This document shows, piece after piece, positions 47,621 through 57,463 of a DNA stretch of 60,927 nucleotides. A program made the position numbers and the translations under genes. Below the pieces are notes generated by a model, which searched no databases, was not told the origin of the DNA, and worked only from the letters and a program-made list of their open reading frames with translations. Location: assembly GCA_000435615.1 (NCBI GenBank), contig FR881937.1, forward strand, positions 1 through 60,927, given 5' to 3'. This DNA is from Firmicutes bacterium CAG:238 (GTDB lineage: Bacteria > Bacillota > Clostridia > Peptostreptococcales > Anaerovoracaceae). Every line of letters begins with the position of its first letter. The stretch's first letter is position 1.

Positions 47621-48767
47621 ATATGAGTTGATATTTCACCAGGAAGCTTGCCGCATGGATAATGTCAGGCAGCAGCTTTACTGCGGCACGGGAAAGGAAA
47701 ATGCTCTGCGTGCCTTTTTCCTTGAGGTTGTATGCGATGAGGAACGTGAGGGCACGCGGATTTGCGACATTTCTGATATTTGTCAGAAGCTCCTTCGGAG
47801 ATTGTAAGGAGAAAACATCGCCGTACTTATCCAAAGCTTCCTTCGCCTCGTGATTGAATGTACGGGCGGCATCGGAAATTTTTTCGAGGAATATTTCGTT
47901 GGTGTACAGCACAAGCGGATCAAGCTCGAAAATCTTTGCACAGGCATCGGCCTCTTTTAATATTGTCTTAGGGAATGTGCCTTTTGCAAAAGAAAAATAA
48001 GTACCGTCGATAAGACCGAGAGCTTTCATCGCGTCAAGGTATCCAAGACGCAGGATACGCTTGGAATTAGCCTTGTCGAAGATCAGGATGCTGCCAAGAT
48101 CCCACTTCGGTTCTATATATACAAGATTCGGTGCCGTTTCGAGGGTTTCGTGTCTTACGACGCCCATGCCCTTAAGATTGACGGCTATGACATGAGTTGC
48201 GCCTTTTTTGACCGCCATCCCAACGGGGATTTCATCTGCATATCCGCCGTCGATATAATCCACACCATCTATCTCGCAGCTGTGTATTGCCGGGAAAGCC
48301 GAGGCACTTGCGATAATAAAATCAATCATTTTGCCGCTTGGGATATCTTCCTTATAAAGATAATGTGCATCAAAGGTCGGAAGCGAGACAACCGGAATCC
48401 CGTATACCATAGGCGAGTTTCGTACCACGTCTTCATCAATATACTTGGTGAGAAGTCCTTTCAACCCGGATGTTCCCGCACCGTGATTGAATACAATTTC
48501 GCGGGCATATTCGATCGGCTGGCTTCCTTCCGGCACATCAAAGACCATGTGCGTTTCGATCTCACGCCAAAGCTGTGCGGTAAGATCGACATTTCCCTGC
48601 ACAACCATTGCGGCGTTGATGGCTCCGACTGAGCAGCCTGTTACAATATCAATTTCAATCCCAAGTTCCGTGAGAGCCTGCCACACGCCCGCTTCATATG
48701 CGCCGCGGGAACCGCCGCCACCCAAAACAAGAGCAACCTTTTTTTGTTTTTTTGATCTCATAGCCAT
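47619..48767 (-). CDS. Patatin-like phospholipase
   Basis: GGGGSRG, GCSVG (catalytic Ser), ASASAFP, YIDGG. Confidence 0.9.
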   Translation of the reverse strand: MAMRSKKQKKVALVLGGGGSRGAYEAGVWQALTELGIEIDIVTGCSVGAINAAMVVQGNVDLTAQLWREIETHMVFDVPEGSQPIEYAREIVFNHGAGTSGLKGLLTKYIDEDVVRNSPMVYGIPVVSLPTFDAHYLYKEDIPSGKMIDFIIASASAFPAIHSCEIDGVDYIDGGYADEIPVGMAVKKGATHVIAVNLKGMGVVRHETLETAPNLVYIEPKWDLGSILIFDKANSKRILRLGYLDAMKALGLIDGTYFSFAKGTFPKTILKEADACAKIFELDPLVLYTNEIFLEKISDAARTFNHEAKEALDKYGDVFSLQSPKELLTNIRNVANPRALTFLIAYNLKEKGTQSIFLSRAAVKLLPDIIHAASFLVKYQLI

Positions 48768-48851
48768 AATCTCCTTCACTTTTCACTACCAAAATTTTAT
48801 CATAAATGGTATACTGTAATCAAGAAAAACCAAAAAATCGGAGGCATACGA

Positions 48852-49580
48852 ATGGATAAGCGATTAAAAGAGATAATAGATAACAGTAGTAATGTGGTCT
48901 TCTTCGGCGGGGCGGGAGTTTCAACCGAAAGCAATATACCCGACTTTCGTTCCGAAAAGGGCTTGTACAACGCACAGCAGCAATACGGAAGAAGTCCCGA
49001 AGAAATGCTTTCGCACAGCTTCTTCATGCAGCAGCCCGATACTTTCTTTGACTATTACAAAAAGAATTTGATTTACAGAGACGCACAGCCAAACAATGCA
49101 CACAAGGCACTTGCGTATCTTGAAAAAGAAGGCAGACTCAAGGCTGTAATCACACAAAACATTGACGGCCTTCATCAAAAAGCCGGAAGCAAAAAAGTAT
49201 ACGAACTTCATGGCTCGGTTCTTCGCAATCATTGTATGGATTGCGGGGAATTCTATGACACGGATTTCATCATGGATGAGGCAAACTGCAGAGGAAATAT
49301 TCCGATCTGCCCGAAATGCGGCGGCATCATCAAACCGGACGTCGTTCTTTACGAAGAAGCGCTGGACGAGGCCTGCATGATGGGAGCAATCAATGCGATT
49401 GAGAAGGCAGATACCATGATTATAGGAGGAACTTCGCTGGTTGTTTATCCGGCGGCGGGTTTGATTCGCTATTTTTGTGGTAAGAAATTGGTACTGATAA
49501 ACAAACAGCCTACCCCGTATGACGGCAAGGCTGACTTGGTAATTAATGACGCAATCGGGAAAGTTATGGAGGTAGAATAA
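48852..49580 (+). CDS. cobB: Sir2-family NAD-dependent protein deacylase
   Basis: GAGVSTESNIPDFRS, TQNIDGLH, HGS, CxxC..CxxC, GTSL.VYPA. Confidence 0.92.
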   Translation: MDKRLKEIIDNSSNVVFFGGAGVSTESNIPDFRSEKGLYNAQQQYGRSPEEMLSHSFFMQQPDTFFDYYKKNLIYRDAQPNNAHKALAYLEKEGRLKAVITQNIDGLHQKAGSKKVYELHGSVLRNHCMDCGEFYDTDFIMDEANCRGNIPICPKCGGIIKPDVVLYEEALDEACMMGAINAIEKADTMIIGGTSLVVYPAAGLIRYFCGKKLVLINKQPTPYDGKADLVINDAIGKVMEVE

Positions 49581-49581
49581 A

Positions 49582-50154
49582 ATGGCAGGATTGTTTAACA
49601 GATTGAAACAGCTTAAAATAGAAAGAGATGATGCAATTTTTGTGGCGATTGACTTTCAGGAAAGACTTTTGCCGGCAATGCATGACTGCGAACAGCTTGA
49701 AGCGCGTGTTGTCAAACTTGTAAAGGGAATGCGCGAGCTTGGCATTCCGATGATTGTAACGCAGCAGTATACGAAGGGACTTGGCCCAACGGTGCCATCA
49801 ATCGCAGAGGCAATCGGAGACTTTACACCGGTTGAAAAAACTTCCTTCAGCTGCCTGGGCGAAAACACTTTCGTCGAAGCGATCGAGGCAAGCGACAAGG
49901 GAACCGTAATCCTGGCAGGCATTGAAGCACATATCTGCGTGGAGCAGACGGCAATTGATCTTCTCCGGGATGGCTACGAGGTAGCTTTGGTAACTGACTG
50001 TGTGCAGTCCAGAGATCCGAAGAATAAAGAAATTACATTGCAGAGGCTTGCACAGGCAGGCGTAATTTTGACAAGTTTTGAAAGCGTATTGTATGAACTT
50101 CTGGGAGGCGCTAAGGCACCGGAGTTTAAGGCAATTTCTGCGCTTGTAAAATAA
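49582..50154 (+). CDS. Isochorismatase-family cysteine hydrolase
   Basis: IDFQERL, QYTKGLG.T, EKTSFSC, GIEAHICV. Confidence 0.88.
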   Translation: MAGLFNRLKQLKIERDDAIFVAIDFQERLLPAMHDCEQLEARVVKLVKGMRELGIPMIVTQQYTKGLGPTVPSIAEAIGDFTPVEKTSFSCLGENTFVEAIEASDKGTVILAGIEAHICVEQTAIDLLRDGYEVALVTDCVQSRDPKNKEITLQRLAQAGVILTSFESVLYELLGGAKAPEFKAISALVK

Positions 50155-50200
50155 GCGGCGACAGGCTGACACGAAAAAACAGCAACAGGCAGGAGACAGG

Positions 50201-51151
50201 ATGATATTTGAGAGAACTTTTGATAATTTGTCCGAGGAGGACATCAACCTGCTGAATTCGTACTTTGACGGATATGATTATAAATCCTCAGGACATACAT
50301 TCATAGCAAATTATATGTGGAGAAACACACATAAGATCAGCTGGCAGATAATCGGGGACTACCTTTGCATAGGTGCTCTCGGCGAGCTGGATCCGGAGGA
50401 AGACAAAAGATATTTTATGTCTTTTCCTCTGACAAGGACCGGTTCCTATGACGTAGAGTCCCTCCGCGAAACGCTCCTTGAGGCGAAAAAATTGTTTCAT
50501 GCCAAGGGGCAGGACTTATATTTGAGTTTGATTCCGAAATCGCTTGTGCCATACCTCGAAGAGTGTTTTCCCGGAAAAGTTTTCGTCGAACATGACAGAG
50601 ATGAGGACGATTATATTTACCTGAAAGAGGACCTGATCAATCTGAGCGGGCGCAAGCTCCATCAGAAAAAGAATCATTTAAACTTTTTCCTCAAGAATTA
50701 CGAGTTTGCGTATGAGGAAGCGAAACCCGAAGATGCCGGAGAAATCATGGCATACATTGAAAGCAAGAATGAATACAAGCTCGGAGAAACGCCGGAAGAA
50801 TGGAAAGAAATCCTTGAAATGGAAACGGAAGCGATACGGGAACTGCTTAAGTTCCTCGGAAAGGGGCTTTTGTCAGGTGTGATTCGCATCGACGGCAGAA
50901 TCGAAGCCGTAACGCTTGGCGAATTTGCGAAAACAAACAGCAAAGAGACCGTCTTGGTGCATGTGGAAAAGGCCGACGACAGAATCAGAGGGCTTTATCA
51001 GGCAATCAACAATGAATTTTGCAGACGGCTTCCGGAGGAAACGATTTATGTGAATCGTGAAGAGGACATGGGCCTTCAGAATCTCAGACAGACCAAACTT
51101 TCCTACAAGCCGGTGATGATGGGGGAAAAATATTTTGCTATAATACGGTAA
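50201..51151 (+). CDS. DUF2156-domain protein (GNAT-like aminoacyl-transferase fold)
   Basis: DYIY...L..LSGRKLHQKKNH, VHVEKA...RGLY, VNREEDMG..NLRQTKLSYKP. Confidence 0.85.
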   Translation: MIFERTFDNLSEEDINLLNSYFDGYDYKSSGHTFIANYMWRNTHKISWQIIGDYLCIGALGELDPEEDKRYFMSFPLTRTGSYDVESLRETLLEAKKLFHAKGQDLYLSLIPKSLVPYLEECFPGKVFVEHDRDEDDYIYLKEDLINLSGRKLHQKKNHLNFFLKNYEFAYEEAKPEDAGEIMAYIESKNEYKLGETPEEWKEILEMETEAIRELLKFLGKGLLSGVIRIDGRIEAVTLGEFAKTNSKETVLVHVEKADDRIRGLYQAINNEFCRRLPEETIYVNREEDMGLQNLRQTKLSYKPVMMGEKYFAIIR

Positions 51152-51174
51152 GAACTTTGAAACAGAAGTGTACA

Positions 51175-51219
51175 GTAAGAGTGCAGGGTGATATTATTAA
51201 GGTCACTCTGCGCTTTTAC
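51175..51219 (+). terminator. Terminator-like hairpin
   Basis: GTAAGAGTGCAGGGTGA...TCACTCTGCGCTTTTAC. Confidence 0.6.
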
Positions 51220-51383
51220 AGAAAATGCAAGCACTTTCCAAGCCCGCAGAAAGCCGATTAAACCGAAGTAAACATGCTCGCCTCAAACACCTTGTTAAAT
51301 AAACTACTTTTACGCCGGACCTTGCATTTTTCAGGTGGTATGGTAATATATACGGTAGATGTATTTCAAAAAATACAAGGGTT

Positions 51384-51401
51384 TTGTTAAAATTTTAACC
51401 A
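51384..51401 (+). promoter_or_regulatory. Rex operator
   Basis: TTGTTAAAATTTTAACCA, one mismatch to TTGTTAA-N4-TTAACAA, upstream of thiolase. Confidence 0.75.
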
Positions 51402-51508
51402 AAATTTCTTGATTTTTGTGTTATTGTGTGATTAAATAGAACTGCATACAGAAAGAGACGCGGTATGCGGTGAAAAGAAACAATATATCTTAAGGAGGAT
51501 ACATAAGA

Positions 51509-52687
51509 ATGAGAGAAGTTGTAATTGTAAGTGCAGCAAGAACACCAATCGGAAGCTTTGGCGGTTCCTTAAAGGGAATCCCTACAAGAAAATTAGGCGC
51601 TATCGCTATCAAGGCTGCCGTTGAAAGAGCAGGAATTAAGCCTGAAATGGTTGAAGAAGTTATCATGGGTGCTGTTCTTCAGGGCGGATTAGGCCAGAAT
51701 GTTGCAAGACAGATGACACTTGATGCAGGCCTTCCGATCGAAGTTCCTGCAATGACAATTAATAAAGTTTGCGGTTCCGGATTAAGAGCTGTTGAACTTG
51801 CTGCTCAGATCATCAAAGCAGGCGATGCTGATATCGTAGTTGCAGGCGGTGCAGAAAACATGTCCGCTACAGCTTACGCTATGCCGGCTGCAAGATGGGG
51901 CGCAAGAATGAACAACGCTCAGATGGTTGACATGATGGTTAACGACGGTCTTTGGGATGCATTCAACGGATACCACATGGGTATCACTGCTGAAAATGTT
52001 GCTGAACAGTGGGGAATCACAAGAGAAGAATTAGACGAATTCTCCGTAATCTCCCAGAACAGAGCTGAAGAAGCAATCAAGGCAGGCAAGTTCAAAGATG
52101 AAATCGTTCCGGTTGAAATTCCGCAGAGAAAGGGCGATCCAATCATCTTCGATACAGATGAATTCCCTAAGTTTGGAACAACTATCGAAAAAGTTGCTAA
52201 ATTAAAAGGCGCTTTCAAGAAGGACGGTATTGTTACAGCTGCTAACGCTTCCGGTATCAACGATGCAGGTGCTGCTGTAGTAGTAATGAGCAAGGAAAAG
52301 GCTGACGAATTGGGAATCAAGCCGCTTTGTACAATCAAGTCCTATGCTTCCGCAGGCGTTGACCCATCCATCATGGGCGTTGGTCCTGTACCTGCTTCCG
52401 AAAAAGCATTAAAGAAGGCCGGCCTTACAGTTGCTGATATGGACTTAGTAGAAGCAAACGAAGCTTTCGCAGCTCAGTCCCTGGCAGTAAGAAAAGACTT
52501 AGGATTAGATCCTGAAAAGACAAACGTAAACGGCGGAGCTATCGCTATCGGACACCCAATCGGAGCTTCCGGCTGCAGAATCTTAATCTCCCTGATTTAC
52601 GAAATGATGAAGAGAGATTCCAAGTACGGTCTTGCTACATTGTGCATCGGCGGCGGTATGGGAACTGCACTCGTAGTTGAAAGATAA
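51509..52687 (+). CDS. thlA: Acetyl-CoA C-acetyltransferase (thiolase)
   Basis: [34 protein letters not shown]. Confidence 0.97.
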   Translation: MREVVIVSAARTPIGSFGGSLKGIPTRKLGAIAIKAAVERAGIKPEMVEEVIMGAVLQGGLGQNVARQMTLDAGLPIEVPAMTINKVCGSGLRAVELAAQIIKAGDADIVVAGGAENMSATAYAMPAARWGARMNNAQMVDMMVNDGLWDAFNGYHMGITAENVAEQWGITREELDEFSVISQNRAEEAIKAGKFKDEIVPVEIPQRKGDPIIFDTDEFPKFGTTIEKVAKLKGAFKKDGIVTAANASGINDAGAAVVVMSKEKADELGIKPLCTIKSYASAGVDPSIMGVGPVPASEKALKKAGLTVADMDLVEANEAFAAQSLAVRKDLGLDPEKTNVNGGAIAIGHPIGASGCRILISLIYEMMKRDSKYGLATLCIGGGMGTALVVER

Positions 52688-52720
52688 TTGCACGCACAGA
52701 TAATTACGAAATGAACGATA

Positions 52721-52753
52721 TCAAGGCACCTCGCAAGGGGTGCCTTGAGTTTT
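52721..52753 (+). terminator. Rho-independent terminator
   Basis: TCAAGGCACCTC-gcaa-GGGGTGCCTTGA then GTTTT. Confidence 0.85.
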
Positions 52754-52766
52754 AGAGGTAAGCAAA

Positions 52767-53264
52767 ATGAAAACAAAAGTAGAAAAAACGAACGCCATGC
52801 GTAGACTGGACGCGCTGAAAATTAAATATAAGGAGCATACCTATACTGATACGGACGCGGTCAGCGGCGTGGAAGTTGCCGAGGTACTGAACCAAGAACC
52901 TGGAAGAGTGTTTAAAACACTCGTTACGCAGGGGAAAAGCAAGAATTATTATGTTTTCATGGTTCCGGTGGCAGAAGAACTGGACTTAAAGAAGGCGGCG
53001 AAAGCGGTCGGAGAGAAGTCGATTGAGATGATAAAATCAAAAGAACTGCTGCCGCTCACGGGATATATTCACGGCGGATGCAGTCCGATTGGAATGAAGA
53101 AATTCTTTACGACGACGATACACAAAACCGCCGCTGATTACGAAACGATTTTCTTCAGCGGCGGTCGTATTGGTTTTCAGATTGAACTTGCTTTCAGCGA
53201 TTTGCAAAAGGCAATTAAAATTCAGACAGCGGATATTATCTCTTCAGATATTCTTCCAGAGTAA
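52767..53264 (+). CDS. ybaK: Cys-tRNA(Pro) deacylase
   Basis: KTNAMRRL, VFKTLV, TGYIHGGCSPIGMKK, SGGRIG. Confidence 0.93.
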   Translation: MKTKVEKTNAMRRLDALKIKYKEHTYTDTDAVSGVEVAEVLNQEPGRVFKTLVTQGKSKNYYVFMVPVAEELDLKKAAKAVGEKSIEMIKSKELLPLTGYIHGGCSPIGMKKFFTTTIHKTAADYETIFFSGGRIGFQIELAFSDLQKAIKIQTADIISSDILPE

Positions 53265-54096
53265 TGCCCTGCTCTGTGATTTCCTCAGCGGCATCAACAC
53301 CGACATAGCGCAGATGCCAAGGCTCATAATCGTAGCCTGTAATGTCGGTTTTGCCCTTCGGGTAGCGGATGATGAAGCCGTATTCTGCACAGTGCTTGTT
53401 AATCCACTTGCCTTCGGAAGTCTTCGCGAAGTCCTGCGTGAGAGTCCAGCCTGTGGACTTCGTTACAAGGTCGATGGCATAACCCGTGTGGTGCTCGCTT
53501 CTGCCCGGATATGCGGAGCGGATGTCGCGGAGCTTCTTGCCCATGGTGTTCAGATAGTTGTTGTAAAGCCATTTCTGCGTGCTGTAGGTACGGTATGCAG
53601 AGCAGATTTTGAAACGGATGCCGTCAGCTTTGGCGGCTTTTCTCATTTTTTTGAAGGCTTTGTAAGCGTCAGCCTTCATTTCCAGTCCCTGATTTGTCGT
53701 GTAGCTGCCTTTGATTGCAACCATATCGGTCGGCTTGTAGTTCTTCGATACGGCGTGGAGCTTGTTTACGAGAACGAGCACATCGCCCTTATCTTTCTTC
53801 AGAAGGTCGAGCTTATCCGGCAGACCGTACATGTCGAAGGACTCCCAAGGAGCCTCTTCATTATATTTTTTCTTTTTCTTGGTTGTTTTGGTCGTTGATT
53901 TCTTAGTCGTTGTTTTCGCAGCGGTCGCGACAACTTCTCCCTGTGAATCCGCAGGCTCGTCGACATTGACTACGGTATCAACCGCGCCTGATGAGCCGGA
54001 TGCCTGCTGCGAACTGTCCCGGCAGCCGCAGAAAAATATAACAGCAGCGGTGCAAAGCACCACCATGCCTATCATTAACAAGTGTTTCTTCCTCAC
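53236..54096 (-). CDS. M15B D-Ala-D-Ala carboxypeptidase (VanY/LdcB-like), probable lipoprotein
   Basis: LVLVNK, SAYRTY..Q, SAYPGRSEHHTGYAID, GFIIRYP, YEPWHLRYVG. Confidence 0.9.
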   Translation of the reverse strand: MRKKHLLMIGMVVLCTAAVIFFCGCRDSSQQASGSSGAVDTVVNVDEPADSQGEVVATAAKTTTKKSTTKTTKKKKKYNEEAPWESFDMYGLPDKLDLLKKDKGDVLVLVNKLHAVSKNYKPTDMVAIKGSYTTNQGLEMKADAYKAFKKMRKAAKADGIRFKICSAYRTYSTQKWLYNNYLNTMGKKLRDIRSAYPGRSEHHTGYAIDLVTKSTGWTLTQDFAKTSEGKWINKHCAEYGFIIRYPKGKTDITGYDYEPWHLRYVGVDAAEEITEQGITLEEYLKR

Positions 54097-54235
54097 TTTC
54101 GGTATTCCTCCTATATGTATATTAACTTTAGTATACTTTATTTCCGCAATTTAGTCAAATGGGCATTTTTTGCTGGATAAATGGCTTAAATAGTGATATT
54201 ATATAGAATAGAATATTTTTTGAGAGGAAAAAACT

Positions 54236-55867
54236 ATGGGAGAAACCAATTTTATTCACAACATTATTGAAAAAGACTTAGAAAGTCACAAATACGGGGA
54301 TAAGGTGCGCACGCGTTTCCCGCCGGAGCCGAACGGCTACCTGCATATCGGACACGCGAAATCCATCTGCCTGAACTTTTCCACGGCGGCGAAGTACGGC
54401 GGCACCTGCAACCTCAGATATGACGACACGAACCCGGTAAAAGAGGATGTTGAATACATCAACTCCATTGAAGAAGATGTGAAATGGCTTGGTTTCCGGT
54501 GGGATAAGAGACTCTGGGCGTCCGATTATTTCGACAAAATGTACGAAGCGGCGCTTGAACTGATAAAGAAGGGCAAAGCCTATGTCTGCGACCTTACGCC
54601 TGAGGAAATCAAGGAGTACAGAGGTACGCTCACACAGCCGGGCAAAGAGAGCCCTTACAGAAACAGAAGCGTAGAGGAAAATCTTGCGCTTTTCGAGGAA
54701 ATGAAGGAAGGCAGATATGCGGACGGCGAAAAGGTGCTCAGAGCGAAGATTGACATGGCATCGCCGAATATCAATATGAGAGACCCGATTATCTACCGTA
54801 TCGCGCATGCGACACATCATAACACAGGGGACAAGTGGTGCATTTATCCGATGTACGACTTCGCGCACCCGATTGAAGATGCGATTGAAGGAATCACGCA
54901 TTCCATCTGCACGCTCGAGTTCGAGGACCACAGACCGCTTTACGACTGGGTTCTTGCGGAAGTTGGCTGGTGGAGCGCTCCTCCGCAGCAGATTGAATTT
55001 GCGAGACTGAACCTGACGAATACGGTAATGTCGAAGAGATATTTGAAGAGACTTGTGGATGACGGCGTGGTTGACGGCTGGGATGACCCGAGAATGCCGA
55101 CCATTGCGGGAATCCGCCGCAGAGGATATACACCGGAGGCAATCCGCAGATTTTGCGAGGAAATCGGTGTTTCCAAAGCAAACAGCACGGTTGATGTTTC
55201 CCTTTTGGAGCACTGCGTGCGTGACGACCTCAAGGAAAAGGTTGAGACGAGAAACGTTGTTTTCGACCCGATTAAGGTTGTTATTACGAACTATCCTGAG
55301 GGACAGAGCGAGCTTTGCGAAGTGGAAAACAATCCGGCAGTACCGGAAATGGGCGTTCGTGATATTCCGTTCTCGAGAGAAATCTGGGTGGACGGCGAGG
55401 ACTTCATGGAAGTGCCCGCAAAGAAGTATTTCAGACTTTTCCCGGGCAACGAAGTCCGTCTGAAAGGCGCATATTTCATCACCTGTCAGGAAGCAGTAAA
55501 GAACGAAGACGGCTCGATTAAAGAGCTGCACTGCACATACGACCCGGAGACCAAGTCCGGAAGCGGATTTGAGGGACGCAAGGTCAAGGGTACGATTCAC
55601 TTCGTAGACGCGGCGACCGCAGTTCCGATTAAGATTCGCCAGTTCGACTATCTTATGAGCGAAGGCGAGGACGGCAAAATGGTGGCAAACGAAGACACGA
55701 TGCGTGAAATTGTATGCTATGCAGAGCCGAAGGTGCTTGAGGCTCAGCCGGGCGAAAGATTCCAGTTCTTCAGACACGGATATTTCGTGGCGGACTCGAA
55801 GCTTTACAGAAAAGAAAATCCGGTGTTCAACGAGATTATCGGTCTTAAGAGCAGCTGGAAGAAATAA
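54236..55867 (+). CDS. glnS: Glutamine--tRNA ligase
   Basis: [53 protein letters not shown]. Confidence 0.95.
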   Translation: MGETNFIHNIIEKDLESHKYGDKVRTRFPPEPNGYLHIGHAKSICLNFSTAAKYGGTCNLRYDDTNPVKEDVEYINSIEEDVKWLGFRWDKRLWASDYFDKMYEAALELIKKGKAYVCDLTPEEIKEYRGTLTQPGKESPYRNRSVEENLALFEEMKEGRYADGEKVLRAKIDMASPNINMRDPIIYRIAHATHHNTGDKWCIYPMYDFAHPIEDAIEGITHSICTLEFEDHRPLYDWVLAEVGWWSAPPQQIEFARLNLTNTVMSKRYLKRLVDDGVVDGWDDPRMPTIAGIRRRGYTPEAIRRFCEEIGVSKANSTVDVSLLEHCVRDDLKEKVETRNVVFDPIKVVITNYPEGQSELCEVENNPAVPEMGVRDIPFSREIWVDGEDFMEVPAKKYFRLFPGNEVRLKGAYFITCQEAVKNEDGSIKELHCTYDPETKSGSGFEGRKVKGTIHFVDAATAVPIKIRQFDYLMSEGEDGKMVANEDTMREIVCYAEPKVLEAQPGERFQFFRHGYFVADSKLYRKENPVFNEIIGLKSSWKK

Positions 55868-55912
55868 ATATTAATAATGGTTATCGTGTGCTTGTAAGAA
55901 AGGATGTTTGAA

Positions 55913-57400
55913 ATGAGAAAGCTTTTGAAGAAGGCTGCCTGCCTGTTTTTGGCGGCGGCAGTGATGACAGCTTTCCTGCCGGAAGGCTTCGGGCTTGGGT
56001 TTGGCGGTGCAGAGACCGCGCAGGCGGCGAGCGTGAAATCGATTTCGAGTGCTTCGACTCTTCGAAAAGCGCTGACTTCCGCTGAAGGAGGCTCGTACAA
56101 GCTGACTGCGGACATCAAGGGATTAACCAAAGCGATTGTCATGCGGAGCAAAACCAAGAGTCTTGACTTAAACGGACATACCATCAAAGGAAATGTCGGG
56201 ATTGACGCTTTGATTACGGTCGAGGGCGGCAGGCTGATGATTTCCGACAGCAAGGGCGGCGGTCTTGTTCGAAACACGGGAAGCCGTGGGGCAATCAGTG
56301 TTCTCGGTTCCACGAAAACGACCGTCAAAATCAGCGGCGGTACTTTCAGCAGCGTATATAGCTGCTGCGATGTGACAGGCGGCAGACTTTTGATCAGCGG
56401 AGGAACTTTCAAATCCGAAAAATCCTGCGCTGTGGCGGGCTATTCCGGACTCTACAGTTCCGAAATCCAAATCTCGGGTGGCAGTTTCACGGGATATGAT
56501 GCGCTCTCTGTGCAGGGCGATTTGGATCTGACGGTGACGGGCGGAACCTATAAAGGAAGCCACGCGGATCTTGCGGTTTATGACACCTTCAAGGGCAAGT
56601 TTGATGTTGACAAAAGCCTTTTTGCAAACATCTGGGACGATACTCCGGCGGGGCACGGTGTTTATGAAACGGAATTCAAACGCGTTCCCGTGACTTACAC
56701 GGAGGGCATGACAGTCAGCGACGCGGATACTTTGTATTCGGTGTACATGCATGCGAAGGAAAATCTGCTTCCGAAGCTTAAAATTGTCACGACCGAGCAT
56801 TTGTATGAGGTTTTAAATGTATATTCCTTAAAATGGGGCGATTCCGTCAGCACACAGATGAACACGGCAATTGAAGAAGATGTCGCAAAGATCGATGTGG
56901 ATTTCAAATACGGCACGGAGTATCAGGTTGAGCGGCTGATTCTCAATCCCGCTGTGAAATCGAACGCTTCGGCGAAGGCGGTGAAGTATTACAAGAAGAT
57001 TTGCAGCATTACAAAAACCGCGACGAAAGGCTGTAAGACCAAAAAGGAAAAGGTCAAAGGCATCAATAAATACATCGTGCGCAGCTATTCGTATGATTAC
57101 AAATACCGGAAAGCATCTTACAGCTTCCTCGGGCTTTTGGACAATAAGAAGGCTGTGTGTCAGGGCTTCGCAGGGCTTTTCCGTCTAATGTGCATACGGG
57201 CGGGAATTGAAACGGAATCGATTGGTGGCATGGCAACCTCCGGTCCGGGCAAAACAGATTTTGAGCCGCATATGTGGAACCGCAGCAAAATCGGAAGCAA
57301 ATGGTACTACACGGATGTGACCTACAACGAAGGTACCGGAACTAACAAATTCCTCCTCCTGAGCGAAAAGAGCTTTTATGGGAAGGGATATCATTATTAA
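55913..57400 (+). CDS. Secreted protein with transglutaminase-like C-terminal domain
   Basis: Signal peptide; repeated ISGG[TS]F beta-helix-like motifs; triad AVCQGFA / HMWN / WYYTDVT. Confidence 0.8.
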   Translation: MRKLLKKAACLFLAAAVMTAFLPEGFGLGFGGAETAQAASVKSISSASTLRKALTSAEGGSYKLTADIKGLTKAIVMRSKTKSLDLNGHTIKGNVGIDALITVEGGRLMISDSKGGGLVRNTGSRGAISVLGSTKTTVKISGGTFSSVYSCCDVTGGRLLISGGTFKSEKSCAVAGYSGLYSSEIQISGGSFTGYDALSVQGDLDLTVTGGTYKGSHADLAVYDTFKGKFDVDKSLFANIWDDTPAGHGVYETEFKRVPVTYTEGMTVSDADTLYSVYMHAKENLLPKLKIVTTEHLYEVLNVYSLKWGDSVSTQMNTAIEEDVAKIDVDFKYGTEYQVERLILNPAVKSNASAKAVKYYKKICSITKTATKGCKTKKEKVKGINKYIVRSYSYDYKYRKASYSFLGLLDNKKAVCQGFAGLFRLMCIRAGIETESIGGMATSGPGKTDFEPHMWNRSKIGSKWYYTDVTYNEGTGTNKFLLLSEKSFYGKGYHY

Positions 57401-57405
57401 AAAAC

Positions 57406-57456
57406 AGGAGCTGACGGCTTAGTTGATTGAGAAATCGACCGGGGCGGCAGCTCCTT
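57406..57456. terminator. Hairpin between convergent genes
   Basis: AGGAGCTG...CAGCTCCT. Confidence 0.55.
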
Positions 57457-57463
57457 ATTGTGG

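Noticed and set aside
48852..49580. Sir2 anti-phage effector (with adjacent patatin)
   Set aside because: Classic zinc-binding CobB-type deacylase with no defence partner domains; the patatin has no cyclase neighbour
51222..51330. Inverted AAAATGCAAG/CTTGCATTTT pair as a MITE
   Set aside because: Only 10 bp, no evident target duplication or second copy; the right arm doubles as a plausible -35 box
53236..54096. Vancomycin-resistance vanY
   Set aside because: No vanHAX/vanRS nearby; a housekeeping M15B carboxypeptidase is more likely
54097..54235. T-box upstream of glnS
   Set aside because: Region too short and lacks the T-box consensus and terminator
54278..55777. 499-aa ORF on - strand
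   Set aside because: Antisense shadow of glnS, explained by codon bias
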